This document shows positions 1 through 10,116 of a DNA stretch of 43,060 bases, piece after piece; position 1 is the stretch's first letter, and each line of letters opens with the position of its first letter. The notes under the pieces were generated by a model. That model saw nothing but the letters and a program-made list of their open reading frames with translations. It searched no databases and was not told the origin of the DNA. The translations under genes were made by a program, and so were the position numbers. The stretch is from a virus (lineage: Duplodnaviria > Caudoviricetes), in the IMG/VR virus record IMGVR_UViG_3300020365_000037, positions 1 through 43,060 of that record. One strand, 5' to 3'.

Positions 1-2975
1 CTGTTATAGAACTCAACCATCATATCTTTGCTGATGTTCTTTACTTTGACTGTGAAGTGTGTGAGTTCGTGAGCCAGCGCACGTACAGCATCAGGCGAAG
101 ACAAGCCTTGTGATATAGCAATGGCACCTTTCTGAATGCCGCCGCTCTGTTGCTTAACCCAGTTGTTTAGGTAAGCCGCCACAAACATGCCATCATCTGC
201 CACGACATCTTGGTTCTGTAGCCAAGTTGCCATGTCTACCACGTCTACGGTGTCTAGAGCTTTACCCAGAGCTTGCTGGAACATCATCAGCACTTTACGG
301 ACGTTAGAGCGGTCCTGTTCAGGCACAGCCTCAAGCATGGCTTCAACGCCTTCACCAAACGCAGTCGCACCGCCACGCTGTCCAGCATCACGGGAACGAG
401 TAAACTTAGGGTCCTCGTTTCTCTCGCGAAGCATATTTTTCATATATGCAATAGCTTCGTCTTTGGTGTAGCCGATGGGTAACTCAGGGATGCCGGGTGT
501 TTTGGCACTGCCACTTCTGGCTACTTCACCACCGTTTTCATCTACCAAGAACCATGCATAATTAGATGAGCCTACCATCTGCAAACGCATGGTATACATG
601 ATGTTGCCACCATCTGCGACTGAGGTAATAGGTGGCTGAACCTCATCAACCATACCCTCTGGGGTCCGCATACGCCGTGTCTTGATTGTGTATTCAATCT
701 CAGCTTCAGCTTCAGCTTCATCAATTACGCTATCTGGTGAAGCGGCAGTGACTTCATCATCTTTGATAACAGCCGGTGACAAACCTAAACGCTGGCGTAT
801 CAGTTCATTCATGTCTGTCTCAACAGGGTCTCTGCCGGTCTCTGCTTCAGTCTGTGTCTCATCTGGCAGAGGTATTACATCCGGTGGAGCATTCGGGTCA
901 GGACGTGATGTACCCGGTTGTTCAGCCCGTTCATTACCACGCTCTGTCACACCCGGCTGGTCTTCACCAAAACGCGGGTTGTATGGTAATGCCGCTGGTG
1001 TCTGTGTCTCATCAGTAATCTGTGCGGCTGGCTGACCTTCAATCTGCCCTTGCATCTGGCCGCGCATCTCAGCCAACATGGCGTTCCGAGCTTCCATCAA
1101 ACGCTTATAAACAGGAGCAGTCATCAGAAGGTTAGATGGGTTAGGTGAACTAACATCCATCAGAGTACCAGAAGATATGGCTACACTGCGGAAACCTGTC
1201 TTGCTTGAATTATCAAATATCAAAACATGGTTCATCTTTGGGTTGCCCTGCTTGTCTTTTGGACGCAGTGGCCTGTTGTTCTTGTCCATGACTACACGGA
1301 AAGGCTTACCGCCTTTGCTTTGGTAAATCATGTTAGGAAGTTTTGTAGTACGAACTGGGTTCATAATTATTTTAGTCAGTTCAATACGCTCTTGAATATC
1401 TGCTAACTGACGAATAGCTGAAGGTGTATTACGCTTCGCCGCTGTATTATAAGTCTGGTCCCATTGAGCTTTCATAACGTCCGCTTTACGTAACCACTCA
1501 AAGAAAGCAACGGTGTTTCTTATCCTAACGTCACCGGTATACTTCTCATTTGCTTGACGCTTGTTAGCATCGTACTGCTCCATCCTATCAATTTGTGACT
1601 TCAAGAAGGCATCACGGCTAGACACGCTGTCTGGATTGAAACCGGCTGGAATTTGATTGTTAATTATCTGGTCGTTGCGTGTGGTTGCCTCAAACTGTGC
1701 GTCTTCTTCACTGGCAAAGTTCTGGCGGAAGTCTGTGTTTGCATTATCAACAACAGACCAGCTACCATCTTCATTTTGTTCAATGACAAACTGCGGTGCG
1801 GGAAGGGCGGCTACTGGCTCTGGACCAGTCAGAGGTGTCATCACCTCACCATCTATTGGGTCAGGCCCAGTGAGAAGTTTGGTTGCTGGAACGAGTTGTG
1901 TGCCGGGTTCAAAAGCCGGGACATTCTTTCCGTTCATCTGGCTAATTAGAATACCACCAGCCGTAGTGGGTACATCAAAGAATATAGAACCAATGAATGC
2001 GTCTAGTGCGCCCTGTGAAAGAACACGGCTAGGGTCATAACTATTTTGAGCAATAGCGTTAGATGAGATAGTGTCTGCAACTTCTAGAGTAGGCTGAACA
2101 ATCAGGGACTGTTGTGCAAACTGACCGGCTATAGCTTTTGCACCTACGGCAGGGGCGGCGGTTACACCTACGCCTCTTGCAAAGCGCAGAGGTGCTATCA
2201 AAGTCGCAACAGATGCTAGTGCGCCAGACTTTGCGCTATCTACTTTGGCATCTGCGTAAGCTAAGTCGTAGGCTTCTTCAACAGACTTTCCTTGTTGTCT
2301 ATAAGCTATGTATGCGTCTTTAGTAGTGGAACCGAGCGTTTGTAAAGCTACGCCACCACCAGAACCTACTGTTGCACCACCAAGAATACCTAAAGGTGTA
2401 GCAACTACTGTAGGGGCTGTTATGGCACCACCAGCCGCACCGCCAGCAATCATTGTAGAAATAGAAGGTAATGTGCCACCAATCATGTTGGCATACCAGT
2501 CAGCATCTACAAAACGTGATAAGCTGTTTTGGTCAAAGCCCAGTTCTTCAGGGGGAGCAGTTATAGTTCTTTGAAAGTTTTGCTCCAGAGCCATCATGTT
2601 GGTCTCATTATCATTCAAGATAAGAGATGCTCCAAAGCCCATGTCACCATAGCCTTGGTCAGCCGCCGCCATAGTGTCACTTAAAAATTCACTAAACGCA
2701 CTTTGTGTGTCTGGACCAGACATGTCTGTGACTGGGATGTCTGTGTCTAAACCAAACTCTTGAGAAAGTTCAGACAGGTCAAAACCTCTAGCTCTTTGCT
2801 GTTGCTTTTGCTGGAAGCCACCGATGCCCTCTATCAAGCCAGAAATTCTTTCTCTGTCTATCTGAGGTGATTGGTAGTTAGCTAAGTCTTGTCTGGCCTG
2901 TTGTAGTTTGTCTGCACCAATACCACCAAAGCCGGTGGTTGGATTAGCAAAAAGACCCGGTACTTTTGGTGCCAT
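1..2975 (-). CDS. Very large internal virion/ejection (polyvalent-type) protein, 3' end truncated; contains an HExxH zincin-like motif
   Basis: Missing from the ORF track because it has no stop in the window. ATG at 2975 (MAPKVPGLFANPTTG...) follows the stop of the 2978..3706 gene and the frame reads open to base 1. It has a Gly/Ala hydrophobic segment and in-frame ALAHELTHF (HELTH at 57-71). Confidence 0.75.
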   Translation of the reverse strand, partial: MAPKVPGLFANPTTGFGGIGADKLQQARQDLANYQSPQIDRERISGLIEGIGGFQQKQQQRARGFDLSELSQEFGLDTDIPVTDMSGPDTQSAFSEFLSDTMAAADQGYGDMGFGASLILNDNETNMMALEQNFQRTITAPPEELGFDQNSLSRFVDADWYANMIGGTLPSISTMIAGGAAGGAITAPTVVATPLGILGGATVGSGGGVALQTLGSTTKDAYIAYRQQGKSVEEAYDLAYADAKVDSAKSGALASVATLIAPLRFARGVGVTAAPAVGAKAIAGQFAQQSLIVQPTLEVADTISSNAIAQNSYDPSRVLSQGALDAFIGSIFFDVPTTAGGILISQMNGKNVPAFEPGTQLVPATKLLTGPDPIDGEVMTPLTGPEPVAALPAPQFVIEQNEDGSWSVVDNANTDFRQNFASEEDAQFEATTRNDQIINNQIPAGFNPDSVSSRDAFLKSQIDRMEQYDANKRQANEKYTGDVRIRNTVAFFEWLRKADVMKAQWDQTYNTAAKRNTPSAIRQLADIQERIELTKIIMNPVRTTKLPNMIYQSKGGKPFRVVMDKNNRPLRPKDKQGNPKMNHVLIFDNSSKTGFRSVAISSGTLMDVSSPNPSNLLMTAPVYKRLMEARNAMLAEMRGQMQGQIEGQPAAQITDETQTPAALPYNPRFGEDQPGVTERGNERAEQPGTSRPDPNAPPDVIPLPDETQTEAETGRDPVETDMNELIRQRLGLSPAVIKDDEVTAASPDSVIDEAEAEAEIEYTIKTRRMRTPEGMVDEVQPPITSVADGGNIMYTMRLQMVGSSNYAWFLVDENGGEVARSGSAKTPGIPELPIGYTKDEAIAYMKNMLRERNEDPKFTRSRDAGQRGGATAFGEGVEAMLEAVPEQDRSNVRKVLMMFQQALGKALDTVDVVDMATWLQNQDVVADDGMFVAAYLNNWVKQQSGGIQKGAIAISQGLSSPDAVRALAHELTHFTVKVKNISKDMMVEFYN

Positions 2976-2977
2976 TT

Positions 2978-3706
2978 TTATAAGCCTTGTTGAATAAGCC
3001 TGATAATCTGATTAGCAACAGTCGATGAAAGACCGCGACCTGTAAGTGAATTTCTTAAATCATTGATGAGTTGACCTCTTTGACCGGCGGGTGTCTGCAT
3101 AACTTTCTGACGGAAAGAACTTACAAACTGTCCCAACTCCCCACCAAAACTTAAAGTAGCGGTTGGGTCACCATCAAAATAACCTGTTCCAGAAGTGGTT
3201 ATTTGAGGTGAAAGCAGACCCAGTGCATCGTTAATTGCTTTATTGATAGATGCGGGGTCATTGCCTATCTGACCGGACAACACTTGGTTCTTGACCATAT
3301 CTGTAATCTGTCCATAGACACCGCTATACAAAGGGTCTAAGTCATTGCCATCAAACGCATCGTCACCAAATAATGGTGTTCCGTCTGCTCCTGAGTAGTT
3401 CAGAACAGACGTATTAATCATGTCATTGAGTGCAGACATGTTACCCAAGTTCAAAGGGTTCGCCTGACCTTTTGCGTTAGCTCTAATCATGGCTCCGCCA
3501 AGTGTGCCTTCTAAGTTAAGTATGGCTCGGCGGTTTGCTTGGTCCTGATTGAACCTTGCAATGTCATATTTAGATGCAAGTCCAAGATTGAACTGACGTT
3601 GCTCTTCAGCCGCCGCTCTTTGCTTGGCTTCTTTCTGTTTACCAGCGGCATCCAACTGACCAGCTAACAGACCGAGGTTGCCAAGTGTTGTCATAAATCT
3701 AGACAT
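2978..3706 (-). CDS. Putative internal virion (ejection) protein
   Basis: 242 aa, Gln/Gly/Ala-rich helical composition; lies between tail genes and the giant virion protein. Confidence 0.55.
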   Translation of the reverse strand: MSRFMTTLGNLGLLAGQLDAAGKQKEAKQRAAAEEQRQFNLGLASKYDIARFNQDQANRRAILNLEGTLGGAMIRANAKGQANPLNLGNMSALNDMINTSVLNYSGADGTPLFGDDAFDGNDLDPLYSGVYGQITDMVKNQVLSGQIGNDPASINKAINDALGLLSPQITTSGTGYFDGDPTATLSFGGELGQFVSSFRQKVMQTPAGQRGQLINDLRNSLTGRGLSSTVANQIIRLIQQGL

Positions 3707-3707
3707 G

Positions 3708-5186
3708 TTAGGACCCTACGCTTGAGACTGCGCCTTTCGAGGCTAATGAGAATGGATTAGATTGACCCGCCATAAGTTTTGCCTGTGTTCCGGCTGGCCC
3801 CAGACCCAAGTTCATGTTCTTGAACTGGTTGTTCTGGTATTGCTGAAGAGCTTGCATCGCATCCATTGGTAGTTTGGATTGTATCTCAGCAAACTTTGCA
3901 TCTAGTGAGGCGATACCTTCGGTAGCAATTGTACTGTTGGTAAGACCCCTAGCGGCCATAGAACTGACCCAGTTAGCTTTCGCATCCGCGTATTGTTGGT
4001 TCAATTCATTCTGCCGCTGGGTGGTGTACTCAGACATAAAGTTTTGGCCGAAGTCAGAGTTCGGGTCAGTCTGCGCCCGAACACGGGCAACCTCTTCTGC
4101 ATAGAGACGTGCGGCTTGCTCTTGTGGGCTTTCAGCAAATGCCGTAATTAGAGCCGAGCCTACAGAAAGTGCTTGCATTGGGTCATCCATAGCTTTCTGT
4201 GCAATGTTATCCATCACGCCTTGGAAGCTAAAGCCACTGCCTTCAGTGTTTTGTTTTACCCAATCAGCGGCTGATTGCATCAAACCATTCTCACCAACCA
4301 CGACTTGCTGACCATTAACCATGAAGGATGGAACACTCTTACCGCCAGCGGTCACCATCATTTGATTACTATTTGCGGCCATTTGATTACCAGCACCGCT
4401 AAATACGGAGCCGCCCGGTGTAGACATATTCGCGCCACCGCCTGTGCCTACTGCCGATTGGTTTGCCGACAATATCTGAGCATTGCTCATGTTCGGAGTT
4501 GACTGGTTAGGTACAACATTAGGGGGATTGAATTGTCCAGAACCACTACTACCTGAAGGCACACTACCGCCGGTGTTTACTGCGCCGCTGACATTTGCAA
4601 ACTGCGTGGCGTTAGTATTTGTATTCTGCACACCAAAATCCGGCTGGAACCCACCACCAAACTTTCGTGGGCTTTCATCTAGATACTTCTGCAAATCCGC
4701 ATCACTCATACCGGCCTGACGCATTGCATCTAAATCACCAGCTATATTTAAGTTGTTTTGGCTTTCGTAAGCATAGTTTGGAATGCTTGAGCGGTTAGAA
4801 AAATTATATGCTTGTGCTTGGTCTGTGAAAGACTGAGGTCCACCACCAGTTATGGATGTGTCTGCAATACTAGGCCGTGGTGCGGGTCCGGTAATAGACG
4901 ATTGCTTACCACCCCCAAAAATACTTTTGTAGGTATCTTGGAAGGTGCCAACTTTACCCATACCTTGTGCTAGGCCATAACCACCAAGACCAGCTTGTAA
5001 TGCGCCCGAAACGCCACCGGCTGACAAGCCAGAAGCGACATTCAAACCGCCTAGACCTGTTGTCAGTGCGTTACCGTACTTCATGCCATCGAAAGCACCC
5101 ATACCAGCAAGACCGCTACCTATAGCTAGGCCAGCCCTTACTTCGTCCTTTCCAAGGAAGTTTCTAATTTTCTTAAAGATGCTCAT
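3708..5186 (-). CDS. Putative internal virion/DNA ejection protein
   Basis: 492 aa; N-terminal MSIFKKIRNFLGK plus Gly-rich amphipathic segment, Q-rich coiled C-terminus; synteny with podovirus ejection proteins. Confidence 0.6.
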   Translation of the reverse strand: MSIFKKIRNFLGKDEVRAGLAIGSGLAGMGAFDGMKYGNALTTGLGGLNVASGLSAGGVSGALQAGLGGYGLAQGMGKVGTFQDTYKSIFGGGKQSSITGPAPRPSIADTSITGGGPQSFTDQAQAYNFSNRSSIPNYAYESQNNLNIAGDLDAMRQAGMSDADLQKYLDESPRKFGGGFQPDFGVQNTNTNATQFANVSGAVNTGGSVPSGSSGSGQFNPPNVVPNQSTPNMSNAQILSANQSAVGTGGGANMSTPGGSVFSGAGNQMAANSNQMMVTAGGKSVPSFMVNGQQVVVGENGLMQSAADWVKQNTEGSGFSFQGVMDNIAQKAMDDPMQALSVGSALITAFAESPQEQAARLYAEEVARVRAQTDPNSDFGQNFMSEYTTQRQNELNQQYADAKANWVSSMAARGLTNSTIATEGIASLDAKFAEIQSKLPMDAMQALQQYQNNQFKNMNLGLGPAGTQAKLMAGQSNPFSLASKGAVSSVGS

Positions 5187-5188
5187 AG

Positions 5189-6913
5189 CTATCTACCTCT
5201 ATTCTGCTGAATTCTTCCAGACCTACCGCGACCTTTACCTCCACCTAAACCTGATACATTCAACTCATCAGACATAGCGAGAAACGGGAAATCATTTGTA
5301 GTTACGCCGTACACATCTGACCCCGGCAAACGCTTGCGGCGTAGCAAGCCTGTTGCGGCGGTGTCTGGTATCAAACGCCTATTATTAATTGGCTGAGATA
5401 TGTTTTGTGGTGCGGTCACGCCGCCTGTATTACCATCACCGCCTGTGTCTTCCGTAAACACTGAACGGTTCCGCGCTCTACTATCAGAAAGCTGTGGCAA
5501 GAACCGGTTTAAATCTACTCCAACATAATCTAGACCGCTAATACCAAGACCGATAGGCACACCCAACACTTCACCAACTGTGCCAAAGATACTCGCAGTG
5601 TCTTTGTCTAACTGGGCATTTCTTAAATTATTGGCTGTGCCACCAAAACCCAGTGCTGTGGAAAATGCGCCAGCCGGTGCAAAGAAACTAAACGCTTTAC
5701 CTAAATCACTTCCAAGGAAACCTTTACTACCGCCCTCTACCATAAAGGAACCGGTTTGTGGGTTGTAATCTACAATCTGTTGATTGCGAACTACGGCCTG
5801 ACCGCCTAATTTCTGGTCGGCTCTACCTATTTTAATATCAGGATTAGCAGAAAATATTTGAGACAGATTAACCATCTGCGCTCTAGGGTTCATGTTTTCT
5901 AGACCCGGTACGCCATATTGTTCGCCTAACTCTTTCATACCGGCTTTGTCTAGTAAACCAAACGCACCACTCTCGCTTGCCATCAAACCGCTATTGGTAG
6001 TGTCGAATGCTCTTTCCTTAGAAGGGTTTGATTCACCACTGCCCTGATAAAACTTTCCGGGTCTGTTACCAATGCTGGTGCCGGGTATCAAAGCCGGTTG
6101 AATACCGGTTACGTTGGTCGCATAATCACCGCGTCTGTCCAGACGTTCCTGAAGGTCTTGCTGACGCTGACTTCGCTCAAGGCTCTGTGAAGGTATCTCA
6201 CCAAACTCTACATCGCCGTTTACGCCGCTTTCAAACGCCTCGTTTGCAAAACCCTCGGCTTGTGCGCCAGCGGCACCGGACACGCCGCCTGTTAGAGTGC
6301 CTGATGTATTATCAAAAGACCGCTTGGCTATAGAAGGTGATGTGTACCCAGCCTGACCAATGACTTGTTGGGTCACGCCTTGAATAACAGAGCCAACACT
6401 ACTGCCTTGATTGGCGGTGCCGCCTTGTGCGGTAGCAAACGGGTCTGTGCCTGTGTTTAGGAATGTCGCAATCTGTCCTACAGATGCGCCTTGGTCAGCC
6501 ATACTCCGTGCATAATCTACTTCTGATGTTGTAGCGTTCTGTAATGCGTCATAGTTATTACCGGGTTGACCTGAACCAGAACCTGATGTCCAACCGATTG
6601 CCGCGTCTGCCGCTGTAGAACCTGTTTTGGAAACACCATCTACGCCAAAGGTAGTACCGCCAGACGAACCGCTATTGTCATCATTCCCGCTGTCACTAGA
6701 GCCGCCGGAACTAAAGTTATTGTTGCTACCGGTGCTAAACTCACCACTATCTCCAACACCATAGGGGTCATCAACACTAGAGCTACTACCACCACCGCCG
6801 CCGCCGTCACTACTAAAACAAAATATCTTGGATTGAATAGGGTCCAGCACATCAACACAGTCTGTCAATGTGATACCATCTCTATAAGGATTTATCTTTT
6901 GTAACATGCTCAA
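5189..6913 (-). CDS. Putative internal virion/ejection protein with leader and Gly/Ser-rich N-terminus
   Basis: 574 aa (start may be 6907); IFCFSSDGGGGGGSSSS motif after about 30 aa; overlaps the acyltransferase gene. Confidence 0.55.
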   Translation of the reverse strand: MSMLQKINPYRDGITLTDCVDVLDPIQSKIFCFSSDGGGGGGSSSSVDDPYGVGDSGEFSTGSNNNFSSGGSSDSGNDDNSGSSGGTTFGVDGVSKTGSTAADAAIGWTSGSGSGQPGNNYDALQNATTSEVDYARSMADQGASVGQIATFLNTGTDPFATAQGGTANQGSSVGSVIQGVTQQVIGQAGYTSPSIAKRSFDNTSGTLTGGVSGAAGAQAEGFANEAFESGVNGDVEFGEIPSQSLERSQRQQDLQERLDRRGDYATNVTGIQPALIPGTSIGNRPGKFYQGSGESNPSKERAFDTTNSGLMASESGAFGLLDKAGMKELGEQYGVPGLENMNPRAQMVNLSQIFSANPDIKIGRADQKLGGQAVVRNQQIVDYNPQTGSFMVEGGSKGFLGSDLGKAFSFFAPAGAFSTALGFGGTANNLRNAQLDKDTASIFGTVGEVLGVPIGLGISGLDYVGVDLNRFLPQLSDSRARNRSVFTEDTGGDGNTGGVTAPQNISQPINNRRLIPDTAATGLLRRKRLPGSDVYGVTTNDFPFLAMSDELNVSGLGGGKGRGRSGRIQQNRGR

Positions 6914-7352
6914 ACGCCATACCTAACTTACGTATAGAACCATCTGGATATCTTCGGACCCAGTAAGCCCTATCTGTATTGAAGCTGGGAGCAATCGGTG
7001 TAAGATACTCTCGTACCCATCTACCAAGTGTTCCAACATCTCCGTATGGCGCAATTAAATCCATTATGTATATCCGCTCTCCGCTCTTCCAGTCCGCTGG
7101 CTGTAGTTTGCGTGTACGGTTTAAAAATGAATTTTCAGCCTCGTAAGACAAAAAAGCCCAACTTATAAACCCAATGACCTTGCCGTCCCTGTAGAACAGT
7201 CGTGCTAGGTCCATCTCCATCGGCACAATAAACAGACGTTGTATGTCTTTTATGTACCAGTTTCTGTGCAATTCAGAGCGGAGACAAAGCTCTGTAATGT
7301 CACCTAATACTACATCATTTTTTATCTCTAGGCTAGACATAGACATAGACAT
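6882..7352 (-). CDS. hlyC: Toxin-activating lysine acyltransferase (HlyC/RtxC/CyaC family)
   Basis: Family motifs RSELHRNW (catalytic Ser/His), GFISWAFLS, LQPADWKSGERIYIMDLIAPYG (catalytic Asp). Confidence 0.88.
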   Translation of the reverse strand: MSMSMSSLEIKNDVVLGDITELCLRSELHRNWYIKDIQRLFIVPMEMDLARLFYRDGKVIGFISWAFLSYEAENSFLNRTRKLQPADWKSGERIYIMDLIAPYGDVGTLGRWVREYLTPIAPSFNTDRAYWVRRYPDGSIRKLGMAFEHVTKDKSL

Positions 7353-7354
7353 AA

Positions 7355-8929
7355 TTATTTAATGTCAACCACTAATGCAAAGTCTAGAATTCTTAAATCA
7401 CCAACCACACTGTAACCGCTTGAACTGGATGTTGTGCTAAACCTCAAGGAGATAGCTTTGGCTCTGTGTGGAATCGGAATATCAATTGGTCTGGTCTGGT
7501 CACCACTAATACCGGCGGTTGACGCGAAGCTATCTGCTTCAGGACGGACTGTTGTAGACTGTAAGTTATTATTGTCTTGGTCAAAGACTGTGACTGTAAA
7601 GTCGGCAGTGCCTACTGCTCTAATAATAAGACGCTTAAACATCTTGTACTGGTCTGGTGTATTCAAACTTAACAGCGGTGTACGGATACTCATATCAGAA
7701 CTGCTCGGCTTAGAAGCTCTGGTTAAATCTTGGCCATCACCTGTACCGTTGCCCCATGTGCCAACTTGTAGAGCAGAAATCTGTGCGCTTGTATCTGGCC
7801 TCGCAAAAAATGAAGCACATGAAATGTTTGTGCCGGGTGAGAAAGAGAAAGACCTAAAACCGCCGCGACCAACGCCGGGTTCATAAGTAAATGTCAAACG
7901 GTCAAATGTTTCAGATGGTGTGGGACCACCGATGTCACGCGGAAAGAAAACATGGTATTGCCCCAGTTCACCATCCCAAACAGCATGGGGTTCTTGTCTT
8001 TCACCTGTGGTTGGGCAAGCCTGTACGGCTTCCTGAAACTTATCCTGTATCTCTCTAGATAACATAATTGTTTCAAGTGTAAGTCCTGAAGCCGCACGTC
8101 TCAGACTGTGGACACCAAAACGACTACAAAAGAATACATCTGTGCCTACGTTTACTGCCGTGTTTCTGCCGAAGATACCGATTGGCACTCTGAAGTCTCT
8201 GGCGATTTGCCACTGGTTGATGTTGGTATCCGCAAGATAGACCAGAGTTTCGTTCTGACCGAAGACAACCAGTTTGTCTCCTTCAAGAACCGCCAAACCT
8301 TTAATGACATCATTACTGGAAAACTGGTTCTTAACGTCCAGTATGAGGCCGTCTGTGGCGGCAGGAGTTGTACCGCCCGATGTATTAGTACGCCAATCAT
8401 CAAAACTATCCTGTACACTAATGTGGATTTCCGTGGGTTTATTGGGTATCCCTGCGACAGCCAGTCTGTTTAATATGTTGACGGCATGACCCCCGTCTGG
8501 GTAACGACCAAGAGAACTTGCGTTGGTTGTGGTAGCACTTTGCCAAGCAGTCCCGTCCCAATACCTTGGAACGTGTCCTTCCATAAAAGAAAACTGTTTC
8601 TGGTCAAAGTTAACAATACTTATTGGAGTAATAGCCGCTGTAGTAGCGAGAAACATGTTGCTAAAAATAACATTGTTAGGGGCGCGGCCATCAATATTTG
8701 TGCCGTCATATTCATATTTAAGTACAACATCAGAGCCATAATGAGCGATATTGTATATCTCACCACTGCCCTGACCAGTATTATCAACGCCGGGTCCTCT
8801 TATAATCTGGCCACGAAAATCTACATATGCGCCATCCAGTTCAACAAAGAACCTCTCAGACATATTTGTAGGACTGGTTACTGTGTCCAGACCAATAAAA
8901 CGATTATAAGGAAATAAACGCCTAGCCAT
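7355..8929 (-). CDS. Tail tubular/nozzle protein (T7 gp12 / P22 gp10-like)
   Basis: 524 aa, beta-rich; begins like podovirus tube proteins (FIGLDTVTSPTNM); follows the adaptor gene. Confidence 0.65.
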   Translation of the reverse strand: MARRLFPYNRFIGLDTVTSPTNMSERFFVELDGAYVDFRGQIIRGPGVDNTGQGSGEIYNIAHYGSDVVLKYEYDGTNIDGRAPNNVIFSNMFLATTAAITPISIVNFDQKQFSFMEGHVPRYWDGTAWQSATTTNASSLGRYPDGGHAVNILNRLAVAGIPNKPTEIHISVQDSFDDWRTNTSGGTTPAATDGLILDVKNQFSSNDVIKGLAVLEGDKLVVFGQNETLVYLADTNINQWQIARDFRVPIGIFGRNTAVNVGTDVFFCSRFGVHSLRRAASGLTLETIMLSREIQDKFQEAVQACPTTGERQEPHAVWDGELGQYHVFFPRDIGGPTPSETFDRLTFTYEPGVGRGGFRSFSFSPGTNISCASFFARPDTSAQISALQVGTWGNGTGDGQDLTRASKPSSSDMSIRTPLLSLNTPDQYKMFKRLIIRAVGTADFTVTVFDQDNNNLQSTTVRPEADSFASTAGISGDQTRPIDIPIPHRAKAISLRFSTTSSSSGYSVVGDLRILDFALVVDIK

Positions 8930-9600
8930 TAGGTATACTCGTTAATCTCAACCTCTAGATTTCCTTGAATATTAATCACGGAACCTAACCAGTTGTTTAA
9001 TGTGTTCAGATAAATAGAGTTCTTTAACTGTATTAAACCGGTGTTATTAGTATCAATGTCATCTACGGCGTAATATGCTTTCAAACCCTCAATAAGAACT
9101 TCATCATCAATGGGTCTGGTGTTGGTAATTGCTTGATATCGTTTCAGCCTCACCTTGTATGGGTGTGATACAACCGCGTTTGAGACCGTTGTATCTGCTT
9201 CATCAGCCATCAGATAAGTCCCACTCACGGTGGAACCCCCTGAAGTTTTTGGTTTGACAACAAAAGAATACAAGTCTGAACCACTATGACCGGCACCCGC
9301 TACCTTAACCGGTGTGTATGTACCAAATGTAACGGTGCCAGAAGCTATAGTGAGTTCATTAGAACCGGCTGTCATAGAACCTGTTTGGTCATCATATGAA
9401 TTGTCTAGCAAGTCTAGAAAGGTTGGATGTCTATTGATGTCTGCAACAATACGATTTGCGTAGTTCAGAAACTTTTTTTCTTCCAATGCCCTCAAGACGG
9501 CGGGGCTGGCCTCACCATTTTCTTTGAGCATGTCATCAACTAACTCAGAGAGTGTTGAGAATTGACCTGTGCCGGAACCAGAGGGATTGAAACTTGACAT
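8929..9600 (-). CDS. Putative head-tail adaptor / tail tubular protein A
   Basis: 223 aa; helical N-terminus (TLSELVDDML...LNYANRIVADI); position downstream of capsid. Confidence 0.55.
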   Translation of the reverse strand: MSSFNPSGSGTGQFSTLSELVDDMLKENGEASPAVLRALEEKKFLNYANRIVADINRHPTFLDLLDNSYDDQTGSMTAGSNELTIASGTVTFGTYTPVKVAGAGHSGSDLYSFVVKPKTSGGSTVSGTYLMADEADTTVSNAVVSHPYKVRLKRYQAITNTRPIDDEVLIEGLKAYYAVDDIDTNNTGLIQLKNSIYLNTLNNWLGSVINIQGNLEVEINEYT

Positions 9601-9601
9601 G

Positions 9602-10027
9602 TTAACCTACCACTACTTCTTGGATGCGTCCCTGTCTGAAAAATACATGCTTGCGAAGATAGTCTGCGGCATCAGGTTCTACGGCGGCTTTGCCTTGCTC
9701 AAACCTAATCTTATGGGGACCGGCATCTACATCTATGCTGGAACGTCCGTTAAACTGAAAAAATATCAAATCTTTATTTGATTTCTTGGCTTCCTGAAGC
9801 TCAACCAGCTTTGGGTCATCTTTCATAGAAACCATTTTCCCATCAACTGTGACCGCATCCTTTTCCATGAAGATGTGGTTTTTGCGATATAAATGATGTC
9901 GCTCAACTTGTTCAGCCAGTTTTGGGTCCACTGCGAGTACGCCGCCTTCAAACTTATATACTTTGCCGTCTATACTTATCTCCATATTTGGACGCTTCGC
10001 ATAAAACTTTACTTTCTTCGCTGGCAT
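9602..10027 (-). CDS. Hypothetical virion-module protein with an internal duplication
   Basis: 141 aa; two similar halves (YKFEGGVLAVDPKLAEQVERH / IRFEQGKAAVEPDAADYLRKH); GGAG RBS. Confidence 0.6.
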   Translation of the reverse strand: MPAKKVKFYAKRPNMEISIDGKVYKFEGGVLAVDPKLAEQVERHHLYRKNHIFMEKDAVTVDGKMVSMKDDPKLVELQEAKKSNKDLIFFQFNGRSSIDVDAGPHKIRFEQGKAAVEPDAADYLRKHVFFRQGRIQEVVVG

Positions 10028-10046
10028 TACTGTCTCCTGTCTAAGT

Positions 10047-10085
10047 AAAAGAACCGCCTACAGAATAATCTCTATAGGCGGTTCT
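10047..10085 (-). terminator. Intrinsic terminator after major capsid gene
   Basis: Stem AGAACCGCCTA/TAGGCGGTTCT followed by TTTT on the minus strand. Confidence 0.65.
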
Positions 10086-10116
10086 GTCTAGATTTTACTG
10101 TTAATCCGTGTCTGGA

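Noticed and set aside
3708-6913. RTX toxin as acyltransferase substrate
   Set aside because: No tandem GGxGxDxL nonapeptide repeats and no hlyB/hlyD genes; proteins fit virion ejection proteins better.
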